From the human T2T-CHM13v2.0 reference genome, Homo sapiens: DNA of 64,000 bases. The stretch lies in the NCBI RefSeq assembly GCF_009914755.1, contig NC_060927.1; one strand, given 5' to 3'. The notes beneath the pieces are model-generated. The model made no database searches, was not told the DNA's origin, and saw only the letters and a program-made list of their open reading frames with translations. Below, one piece after another: positions 50,776 through 64,000 of this stretch; positions within the stretch are counted from its first letter, which is position 1; every line of letters begins with the position of its first letter. Made by a program: the position numbers and the translations under genes.

Positions 50776-52017
50776 CCTTTAAGATTCTTGAACACATTAC
50801 AGAATTTTCTAGGTAGCCACATTAGTTTTTATCTTACAATGCATTCAGTTCTCTCCATATTTTTCCTCACTGAGCTCACTTGTGATTTATGGTTAGAATT
50901 TTGCCTTTTATTTTTTAATCTTTTTTTTGAGACAGGGTCTTGCTCTGTCACCCAGGCTGCAGTGTAGTGGCATGATTACATCTCACTGTAACCTCACCCC
51001 CCAGCTCAAGTGATCCTCTCACCTCAGTTTCCCAAGTAGCTGGGACACTAAGTGCATGCCACCATGCCTGGCTGATTTTTTTTTTTTTTTTAGAGATGAG
51101 GTCTCGCTATGTTGCCCAGGTTGGTCTCAAATTTCTGGGCTCAAGCAATCCTCCCGCCTCGGCCTCCTAAAGTGCTGGGATTACAGGTGTGAGCCACCGC
51201 ACTCAGACAAATTTTGCCTTTAAAATCTTTCCATTCCTCCTCCATCTCTGTTCACAGCATTCTTATTTTCTCCCGCACCTTCTGAAATTCACCTTTTGCA
51301 AGTCTACAACCAGGGTGTGAACATACCCGGTGCCCACCACTCTCCACTGTGACAGTGCCCCACATGATTGTCACTTTCTCCTGATGTTTTACACAACTCT
51401 ATCCCTTCCACCTCACCAAATAGTCCTCGCTAGCAGAAGGGTTGGGTACAGAACAACAGTTCCCTCTCCCCAATCCCTGCCTTACCCCGTTTGAAGTGAA
51501 GGGAGGCCAGTCAAGACCGAGTAAAATGACTGCTTTTAGCTGAATGAGACTTCCAGCTGCCTTCTGGGTAATATTAATAGATTCTCCCTCCTTCCTCCTA
51601 AGCAGTTTAGTGCTGTCTTCCCAGATGTTTGTTCTGAGTGACTTCCACCAACACACAGCATTTCCATTGGTCTAAGTCTTTTATAACCCAAGGCAACAAC
51701 TGGGTGAACACAACTGAAAGACACCTTCTACACCTGCCATCAGACCGTGGGTTGGGCTGGGAAGACAGTGTAGAAAGATATTTAAGCGGAATGTCTGGCT
51801 TCACGGGAAGAGGGCTGTCAGTGGGGAAGGCAGACTCTCACTCCCTGCTGGCTACACTGGGAGGCTGTGAGGCAGGGGTCTCCTCTGAAGAGGTGCAGAC
51901 CCTTTGAATGAAAGGATGACCTACAAAAGAGACGTGGCAAATATGAAAGAGGGATGGAAAAAAATGTCTGTGGCCAGAAAAAAGTAATCTAGGAGAATTA
52001 TGTGAGCTCTATGATCA

Positions 52018-52110
<93 letters not shown>

Positions 52111-52222
52111 TCACCTGAGTTCAGGAGTTCGATACCAGCCTGGCCAACATGATGAAAACCTGCCTCTACTAAAAATACAAAAAGTTACCCAGGTGTGGTG
52201 GTGGGGCCTGTAATTCCAGCTA

Positions 52223-52402
<180 letters not shown>

Positions 52403-52652
52403 TTAGATGACAGGAATATTTTCAAAAGAGACTTTTGAAAGGCAGTAAGAGGGGAATGGTTAAGGAAGTTACAGTAGGTCCATAGAGCAGAATTTCACAG
52501 GACTATCAAACGTAACATTATAAAATTACGTAAGTGAAAACATTCCACAGTTTACTAGGTTTAAAAGCAGGTTACAGAACAGTATGTTCAGTGAGATCCA
52601 ATTTCTGTTAAAAAGACATACACATATATATCTCTGGAAAAATATATAATAC

Positions 52653-52832
52653 CAGTGTTTCTCTAACTTTAATATGCATATAAATCTGCATATTAACTAA
52701 ATTTATGGGCCTGGTGAGAATTCAGATTCGGATTCAGTGGGTCTGGAGTGGGGAGCCCGAAGTTGCTCATTTCCAATAAGCTCCAAGGTGACATGGATCC
52801 TGCTGGCCTATGCCCCACACTTAGTAGTAAGG
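52653..52832. mobile_element. MER5B-like element (similar fragments at ~41865-41965 and ~49043-49227)
   Basis: cagtgtttctctaactttaatatgcata...gattcagtgggtctggagtgggg...tttccaataagctcc. Confidence 0.65.
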
Positions 52833-53373
52833 AAACATGGTGAACATAGTGTTTAATGGGTGGTGAGACTGTTTACTCTCCTCTTCCCTTAACTTCTATT
52901 TATTTTCTAATTAATTTGGGTTAAAATAGGGGAAATTAATGGGCATGTGCTATATTGTTATTTTTTAAAAAAGGAATTTATTTTAAAAATAGAAAAAAGG
53001 CTAAACAACCCAAAGTTGTTTAGCAATTATGAAACTGTGAGGAGGAACCAACGTAAACTTCCAGCAACAGAGGAAATGTGCACGCCCTAAGAAAAGGGTG
53101 GAGGCAAGGGGAGTGAGAGACACATCTGATGACACATTCCTAAAAGAATTCTGGGGCCATCTGGCAAATGGGATATTTGCTGTTGAAATTGGTGGAATCT
53201 GGGATATAAACAGAGAGATATTTTACGTGTTTAAAAAATTAAAAGGAGAGCTGTGATAAGAAAGGTGCAGGCCTGCGCTGCCCAGGAGTGGGGGCCCTGC
53301 TCCAGCAGGGGGTGAAGATTTGAGAGAAAGGTTTGTCCTGCCCTTTCCAGATATTTATTCGTTTATTTTTTGA

Positions 53374-53667
<294 letters not shown>

Positions 53668-55496
53668 TAAGGAGCAAGGACTGAAATCTGGGCACAAGTA
53701 GAAAGTGCACAGAAACTTTTGAGGGGTGGGACATAGGTTATGCCTAATGCCAAAATCTACTGGAGTTGGATGATGTGTGCTTGGCTGGAAAAAGCCAGCC
53801 TCCCCAGCCTCATTGGGCTTGGGTAGAGCATGTGCCCTAAGAAGCCTGCATAGAGAAGAAGCATTTCTTGCCTACGAAAAATCCAGCCTGAGTCACAGCC
53901 CCAGGAAGGCCCCTGCTGTCTTGGGTGGCAATAATGGGAGTAATAGCGGTGGGCAGTCAGAGCCCTGCTATTTGGCACAAAACGTTGAGTGATGAGTCAC
54001 AGACTCCCAATATGCTATCACCATAGAGAGGGATGAATTCCCAACTCCTTAACCAACACCCAGGTCTTGGCCCAGACCTCAGAGAAAGAGGCAGGTGGCA
54101 AGTGCTACTTATTATCAGCCACTATAATATTAACTGTCTTGCAACACTGAAACTAATAGAGATATCAAAATGATAAAGTGATATTTACATGCCATCACAG
54201 AATAACAAAAGTTACCAAACTAAAGATAGGCGGCCGGTTCTAAAAGGTGGCCAGGAGCAAACCATCCAGACAGGCCTCTGCCCTCTGCTGGACACAGTGA
54301 CAGTGACTTGGACAAATGGGAAGGAAAAGGAAGTCTGAGGAATCAGAGAGAAATCTTGGCTACTTCCAGAACCCCACAAAAATAATGGAGAGGACTTGAC
54401 TTTTTCCTAACATAAGAACTTACAGAATAGTCAATGACATAGGGAAACAGCATCCCCAAACATGTATAGTACTTAATAATCTCTGAGAAAAAAATTACCA
54501 GTGCCACTTAGAATAATGCCCTGCAGCTCACACCCCTTTCCTGCAGCCCTTTATAGACTCATGTTCCCTAGATGGATCACTCTTCCATTCGCTGAGAAAC
54601 ATGAAGCATTTTCTAATAAAACTTATTTAGGGGTCAGGTGTGGTAGCTCATGCCTGTAATCCTAACACTTTGGGAGACCAACGTGGGAGGATTGCTTGAG
54701 CCTGAGAGGTTGAGGCTACAGTGAGCCATGATCAGGCCACTGCACTCCAGCCTGGGCAATAGAGAGAGACCTCATCTCTAAAAATAAAAAATAAAAACTA
54801 GGGAGCTGTCTGACCAAAGCAGGTTTAAAGTACTAGCTCATTCTATGAGAGGCCTGTCAGGGATGAGAGGCCCCAAGAGGACTGAGCAGGTCATATCTCT
54901 TACCTCCTGCTCCCTGGCTCACCCGAGGGGCACACGTGAACAGGGTGGCCACACCTCCACACCTCTCACCTGTCTCACTGGCTCTCTCTTTCTCTGCCAT
55001 CAGGTGGGATTGCATTCAGATGAGTTTCTTGCACACGTGATACAGGTCTGCTGCACTTTGAGCCTCCTGCTGCTAAGCCTCTCTGTTTCTTTTTTTCTTT
55101 TTTTTTTTTTTTTTGAGACGGAGTCTCGCTGTGTCGCCCGGGCCAGAGTGCAATGGCGCTATCCCGGCTCACTGCAAGCTCCGCCCCCCCAGGTTCACGC
55201 CATTCTGCCTCAGCCTCCTGAGTAGCTGGAACTACAGGCGCTCGCCACCATGCCCAGCTAATTTTTTGTATTTTTAGTAGAGACAGGGTTTCACCGTGTT
55301 AGCCAGGACGGTCTCAATCTCCTGACCTCGTGATCCGCCCGCCTCGGCCTCCCAAAGTGCTGGGATTACAGGCGTGAGCCACAGCGCCCGGCCAAGCCTC
55401 TCTGTTTCTAACAATATCTTAGGATCAGGTCCGCAGGCTTGTGATGTAACCTCTACTCTTAGCCTTGAAGCATCTCTTCTGAAAGACTATATATGT

Positions 55497-55498
<2 letters not shown>

Positions 55499-55586
<88 letters not shown>
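55499..55586. repeat. Compound microsatellite (AC)24(AT)20
   Basis: Counted directly: AC run 55499-55546, AT run 55547-55586. Confidence 0.97.
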
Positions 55587-55589
<3 letters not shown>

Positions 55590-56267
55590 ATGTAGTTCTA
55601 GTATTCCAGCATTTGGGAAACAAGACTCACATATCTTAAATTTCTGTCTGATTATTCAGCCTCCTTTTTCCACATTGAAACGTTATAGATTTTCTTATCT
55701 ATTTTTGTGCACAGGCTACTCCATTCTCTGATCAGTTTACGAGCTCTCTGTGACTCTGTTCTGGTTTCAAGTGAGAAATGAGATTCACACGAAAAAGTGA
55801 ACACACACCACTCTGTAGACCAGGCAGCCCCTTTAAGGCATAGATATCCTCCTAAACACAAAAGCATAAAGACCCTGAGCCCAGCTGAGAAACTGGCTTG
55901 CCTAAATACTGATCTTTAGAAAGGACATGTACTGCCATCCAGACTGTTTTACATAAGCCAAATCTCCAAAATACTCAAGCCTACCCTGTTCAGCATTGAC
56001 ACCTAAAAAGAATTTTGACTATTCTTTAATTTATTAAATAAAGAAGCCTAAAATATGATAACTTCCTTGCCTTATTAAACTGAGTGCACCAAACACCATT
56101 TAGAGCGTGATGACTGGGGTCCATTGGAGTGAAGGGCCGTGCTCACATGGTTCTATGGCCCCACAGTGTCCTCTGGGACTTCTAAAGAGTACAGGGTTGT
56201 TTACTACACCACTCAGGGCTGCAGGTTGCTACTTAAAAAACAAACATCGGCCGGGCACGGTGGCTCA

Positions 56268-56548
<281 letters not shown>

Positions 56549-57988
56549 TCAATTCTGTGAGTTCCTCCCTCTCTACTCATATGACTATAAATATAATTGC
56601 TTTTAGAATTGCCTCCCTAGTCTTTCTCTGAGGCTATCTTCTGTAACCTCTTGCTAGTCTGCAGTCAAGATAAATCAGATGACCAAAGTCATCAGTAATC
56701 CTAAATGGATATGTAATTCCAAGTCTCTAGACTCTGACCTGAGAGTAGCACCATGCTGGGTGCACCAAGAGAGTTTTATGTCAGTTTTATATTCAGCATT
56801 GAATGTGTTTGATTTTTATTTCATTATTTTTATTTTTTAGTTATGCTCAAAGAAAGTCAATAATGAAACTTGCTAATAGAAAACCTTTACGAACAAAGAA
56901 AACACCACTGAAGAAATCAGATGTAAGGTATACCACTGGGGAATAGAAACTGGGGGCTTTTTTACACACATTAAATAAAATCATGTCTACTTTCCTTCTA
57001 GTAAACTTATAAAATAGTCCACTGGCACATTTGTCTGTAGGATGAGAGCCAAAGCTGTCCTAAACTAAAATCTTCATTGTTAGTATTTCTATTACATCCT
57101 ATGATATGCTATATCCCCAATTTAATTTTGCAGATAATTTCAATTTCTAATGTATGAATATAAGAAAATGTCAGTGCAAGCAATCTTAAATGAATCACAA
57201 CTGGTTTTCTCCAAGAACTGGATTAGGTGCAAAACACGCCCCGCTCACAGTCCCCACCAACACTCTTGGCTGCTTGGCGTTCCACCCTCTACTTCCACCT
57301 GGAGCAGAGAGGACTCCTAAGTGTGTCTCTAGCATGCCTGGTGGGACTGTGCTGGAAATATCTAAGCTGCACCCACATTCTCCTCTGTCCAGTCTGTTCT
57401 CAATGCAGCCCAAATTGCTTTCCTTGATCAAACTGCTTTCCTGCTCTAAGACTTTTGCCAGCTGCCTGACAGTTATTGATTAGAGTCTACACTCCTCAGC
57501 CTGGTGATCCCAACCCCAACAGTTCAGACCTCATATACTTTGCCAATCCAAATCCTCTACTTTCTGCCTTCCGATCTTCCTATCTTCCAGCCACACCCAC
57601 TTACACACTGTCCCCAGAACACCAAGGGCCCATGGCTGCCTGAAGACCTTTGTCTAAGTTGCTCCCTCTGCCTGGGATGTCCTCCCCCCATACCCGCCAG
57701 TCTAAATCTTTCCTACTGTTCCTCTAATTCCACTCCCTCCAAGAAGTACTGTCGAGTGTCCTCTCATTCTTCTGTGGGCACAGTCCCTGCCTCCCCGTCC
57801 CACACCCCATGTCTGGTTATCACAGTAACACTCAGCACACAGCAGGGGTATTTAGGAGTGAGTGTTTCTCTCCCTGCCCAGCCCAGACCTTGAGCCCCTG
57901 AACAGTACCAGTCAAGTCTTTCTCTTTGTTTTTTTTGTTGTTGTTTTTTGGGTTTTTTTTTTTTTTAAAACGAAGTGTCGCTCTGTAA

Positions 57989-58168
<180 letters not shown>

Positions 58169-58396
58169 TAACTCCTGGCCTCAAGTGATCCTCCTGCCTC
58201 CATCTTCCAAAGTGCTGGGATTACAGGCGTGAGCCACCACGTCTGGCCTTTCTCTTTGTTTCCCCCATGCCATTGGCATAGAACCTAAGAAGACAGCAGG
58301 TGTGAACTGAGGGAAGTGGGAGGAGACTGACACCTGTGCACTAACAACAGGGCCAGGCCCCTGCCCACGCATAATGGTCCACTTTTGTACACTTAC

Positions 58397-58434
58397 GGTT
58401 TCCACAGTTGAGACCACCAAGGCCAAATGGGCAA
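58397..58434 (-). CDS. HEG1: HEG1 38-nt internal coding exon ((S)CPFGLGGLNCGN(P))
   Basis: ttgcag|TTGCCCATTT...GGAAACC|gtaagt; phase 2 to 1; separated from the previous exon by a 119-nt intron. Confidence 0.93.
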
Positions 58435-58553
58435 CTGCAAGCCAAGAAAGAAAAAAGGGCAAGAATTAGTTTCCAATCTCAAAAGAAATAAGTGAGGCAA
58501 TTTATCTAAATAAGATTTGTAACAAAATTAGACTAAATCAACATGGAGCCTAC

Positions 58554-58596
58554 CTCATGCAGGTTTCATTTTCAAGCCTATATCCATCTTCACATG
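58554..58596 (-). CDS. HEG1: HEG1 43-nt internal coding exon ((A)CEDGYRLENETCM(S))
   Basis: ctttcag|CATGTGAAGAT...TGCATGAG|gtag; phase 1 to 2; joins in frame to the next exon and matches the recalled HEG1 Cys-rich juxtamembrane sequence. Confidence 0.93.
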
Positions 58597-58786
58597 CTGA
58601 AAGACAAAAGGAAAATGCATGAGTGTGTCTATTTACCTCTCCCAAACTCCCAGTTAATTAAACGCCAGCCACCCTAAAGTCCACAAGATTATTCTAGTAC
58701 CAGAAGGCTGCAAACTGCTTTGGAATGATCCTCACTTAAATACTGTTGCCGGCACAACTCTTTTTTTTTTTTTTTTTCTGAGATAG

Positions 58787-58999
<213 letters not shown>

Positions 59000-59251
59000 T
59001 GATCTGCCCGCCTCTGCCTCCCAAAGTGCTGGGATTACAGGCATGATTCGCCATGCCTAGCCTCAAATCTTAACCTTATCAAAAAACTTTTCTTAACCTC
59101 TTTGTGGCTCTCAATCTCCCAGCTATAAAAAGTATTTTACTGGAGGTGATTAAGTGAAATAAGGCAATCCAATGGCTTAGTACAGGTCTGGTACATAGTA
59201 ACCACTAAATCAGGGTTTTGTAGTTGTAATTATTATTACTTTTTGAGATGA

Positions 59252-59458
<207 letters not shown>

Positions 59459-61636
59459 TGATCCGCCCTCCTCGGCCTCCCAAAGTACTAGGATTAAAGG
59501 CGTGAACCACCATGTCAGGCATGTAGTTGTAATTATTATATGACCAATGCAATTCATTTAGAAGTTCTCTATAGATGAAGAATGTCCCCTGGGGAAACTC
59601 CTTCCATCACAAAGACATATGGCTCCCCTTCTTTAATGTAAATCAAACCTTTAACCTGATAATGGCCCTGCTGACACCCTTCCATGAGAAGGGGGGGAGC
59701 TGTAGGTGACATCTTCTGGGGCACAGTCCTGGTGTGTACCCAGGTTTTCGTAACAGAATGCTCACCCTAGAGTCTGTGTAGGGGATTTCGGACATATCTA
59801 GATGTGTGCTAATCGGCACCTTGCCCAAGAACAGAACTTTGAACCCTCGGGTGGTGCAGCTCGTGGAACGCTACTTCACTGAAGCAGTTGCAGCCTGGCC
59901 ATTTCCCTGGATCAGCAGTTCCTGAATTTATGTGATCACAGAACATTTTCAACACAACAATAAGATGACAGAACACCATGAGCTATAATGCATGCTTGAA
60001 TGAAAGCAATGAAAAATGGCCTCACAGACAAATTCTCTGCTGCAAGGAATGATAAAAATGTGATACAGGGTTAATGTACGAGATACATTGCATAAAAGAT
60101 CCCGAATAAGAAAAGGTACAGAGTGTAGAGCTGCAATACTTGATGGGATGGCAGACGTGCTAATGGTGGGTTATGGGGGCCAGTAGCATGCATGGCTGGG
60201 GGTGAGGAGGGGCAGGGGGCTGGCGAGTGATGCCCTGTGGGCTGGGTCCAGCGTCCTTGTGTGTGATAACTTTCCTCATGACGATGTGTTGAATCTTCTT
60301 CCTCCTACTTTCTTAATGTTAGCAGCTGAATGCCTCTGGCATGTGCTTTATTGTTACAGACTTTCTATTAACATATCACTAGAGTGTTGTGGAATACAGT
60401 TTCAAAAACACTGTTCTAAATCATCTGTAATGTGTCTCACAGCAGATATTAGAGAGCTGTGCACCTGGACAGCACTGTTTTGACCCCACAGTATCACTTT
60501 TCCTGAGCTACATTCTCTTGTATTAAGGGCTTTTTGTTATAAGCGGCAGCCATGGGAAAGTCCCTGTGGTATTTATTTGGGGATGTCATGGACTGCTTTG
60601 CTACAATACCACTCAGTAACCTCTTGACGAGGATGCCCCAGAGAAATTGCTCTTGGCCCCATTGTTTTAAAACACAGGGATGCTCCTGAACAGCTGCTCT
60701 TTATTTTAGGGACCCTGACTCTTTTCAAAGTCATGTTTCCCTTTTTGCCTCAGTGTCCGGGAACCTCAGCACTTAAGTGAGGGGCCTTCTTTTAGCAAGC
60801 GTGCAGGACCCTGCTGTGTCTCATTCTGCATATTCACTTTCCTTCTGGCCTCAACAAAACAGTCCGTTAATTTCCCCTTTAACCTGATTTACCTTTTACA
60901 TATTTTTAAATCTTATATTATCAAATCAGTTTTCACTAGGTGCTTTCACTTTATGCCACAGGTAGAGCATAATTGCATCCTGTTTAGGGAAGGAGTAACG
61001 AGGCCCCATCTCCCAATCTTTGATACCTGAGTTCTCTGCTGGCCTCACTCAGGTGGGGCCTTCTCTAAGGAGGCAGCCGAGTGCTCCTGCCTCTCCCATG
61101 TCCGGTGGCCCTCCTCCTGTGTATGCCTCTGCTTCATACTGCAGCAGGACGTGGGAGTGGGGGAAGCTACCCTGGATGATCCGTGGATGGCTAACGCTGC
61201 GGGGCAGCCACCGGAAATTGCTTGCTTCTTCAGTGACTCCTCCCCACCCATCTCGGCACTGAGGCAGGCTGATGTCACACCAGCCTTTTCTATTTTGAAC
61301 ACTTCTTCCTGGAAATGTTTTTACATCCAATCTCCCCACCCAACATTAGACTTCATCTGCTGGGTGGAAGTGCTCCACTCCATGGCTGTCATCCAGGCAG
61401 ATGTAAGGTCCATCTGTTGTCCTGCCCGCGAGCTGATGGGTTGGGCTGTTTTCATTTTGTATCAGAAGTGACCTGGCTCCCTGATGTCATGATATTTCTC
61501 TATTTCAAATGGGCTCATTCCGTTACGCATCAGTGGTTGAGTGCTACTGTGCCGTGGCGCTGTTCTGGGGAAACCTTGTCAGTGAGGTGCTCCTGTGCTC
61601 CTTAGGACCCAGCTTCTCATCTCACTCACCCTAGAG

Positions 61637-61966
61637 CAGCAGTCCCCACGTTTTTGGCACCAGTGACTGGTTTCATGGAAGACATTTTTTCCATGGACCA
61701 GCAAGGGGGTGGTCTTGGGAAGATGGTCTCGGAATGAAGCTGTTCCACCTCAGATCATCAGGCATTAGATTCTCCTAAGGACCACGTAACCTAGATCCCT
61801 CACATGTGCAGTTCACAACAGGGTCCACACTCCTATGAGAATCTAATGCTGCCGCTGATGTGACAGGAGGCGGAACTCAGCTGTGCAGCCCAGTTCCTAA
61901 CTGCACCTCCTGCTGTGCAGCCCGGTTCCTAACAGACCACAAACTGGTAGGGTTGGGGACCCCTGC
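61637..61966. mobile_element. MER1B hAT element
   Basis: cagcagtccccacgtttttggcacca...cagatcatcaggcattagattctc...gggttggggacccctg with TIRs. Confidence 0.85.
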
Positions 61967-62108
61967 CCCAGAGGTATTCTGACCACAGAGCACTGAAGAT
62001 GAAATGAATTTGGCAACAGCTAGTATATATTCCCAAACTGGGCTTCCCCTATTGCCATAAGACACAAGTGAATTCAAGTCTTCTGGACTTAAAAATAGAA
62101 ATAAGTAG

Positions 62109-62390
<282 letters not shown>

Positions 62391-62627
62391 TAGGCGTGAG
62401 CCACTGTGCCCAGCTGACAGTGGCATCTTAAAAACTCTTTTGTTCCCTTGAAGGAAATTATATCTAGCCATGTCAATCTTTTCCCATCTTATTTGCTGCC
62501 TTATCATCCACTCGTTCATTCAACAGACATTTGCTGAACCCTGCACTGCTCAGGACATGGTTCTAGCACTCAAGGGAATGGCAGTCGGATTAAAGAAAGA
62601 GACATGCAAACAGGTTGTGAGAATTCA

Positions 62628-62909
<282 letters not shown>

Positions 62910-63496
62910 CTAAAAAGAAAAAAAAAAAAGAATTAATCATGATGCCTGCATGATGGAAGGAAGCTAAGAAACCTATGAGAGGGATATCTACTTTGATTTT
63001 ATGTGTAGCTTTGAAAGTCTGGCAAAGACATTTTCTGTGAGACACCAAGCACGTTGTGTGTGCATGTGTGTGTGTGCACGCACACGCTGCAGAGAACATA
63101 GAGACTTGCTAATGTATAGCTTGAACTGCAGTGATTTAGAAAACACACACTCCTCTATCCTCTATTTATATTGAGCCTTGATTTGAGGTGTCAGTGCTCC
63201 AGCACTGATGGCCAGAAGATGTCACTGCTAACCCATCAGAACCCAGCCTAAAGGGCTGTGGCCCAAGAAGCCCGGAATCCACTCCTCAGAGGCCTGATGG
63301 TGCAAATACTGCTGAGAAAGGGCTTCACGGGGTCTCAGCAACAAGCCCAAAAGTGAATCAAGGTTTCCTTATGCTGCTTCTTGGGTCCTCACTTGGTCAA
63401 CATAAGGTTGCTGGTGCCTGTGTCAGCACACTCGGTAAATCTTTCACAGCTATTGTTAATGCTAGCCTGTAACTGAAACAATTACAAAATTGCTGA

Positions 63497-63874
<378 letters not shown>

Positions 63875-64000
63875 TAGTAGAGACGGGGTTTCTCTGTGTT
63901 GGTCAGGCTGGTCTCCAACTCCCGATCTCAGGTGATCTGCCCGCCTCGGCCTCCCAAAGTGCTGAAATTATAGGCGTGAGTCACCACGCCCGGCTCAACT

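Noticed and set aside
59640-59930. Exon-like unique block in the HEG1 intron
   Set aside because: No frame matches the HEG1 sequence expected upstream of the 43-nt exon, which must lie beyond the window; could be regulatory but I have no support.

Overview
This is primate (human-like) genomic DNA, dense in Alu, L1 and other repeats, with no CpG island and no prokaryotic features. It holds two minus-strand genes in tandem. The 3' end of HEG1 (heart of glass) comprises five coding exons (58554-58596, 58397-58434, 45428-45515, 41300-41474, 38221-38370) and a ~4.9 kb 3'UTR ending near 33280. About 31 kb downstream lie the promoter and signal-peptide exon 1 of MUC13 (2235-2286). Nearly all ORFs in the supplied track are Alu or low-complexity artefacts. 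I found no evidence of a new multi-gene system. The most unusual signals are structural. First, two old, oppositely oriented Alus ~23.6 kb apart share a 130/130 bp identical tract full of private mutations, consistent with recent gene conversion; they bracket the last three HEG1 exons. Second, a 104-bp inverted repeat (~94% identical, not a repeat family I recognise) lies just past the HEG1 poly(A) site. Third, an old ~130-bp local direct duplication brackets the HEG1 transmembrane exon. Repeat subfamily names and boundaries were assigned by eye and are approximate.
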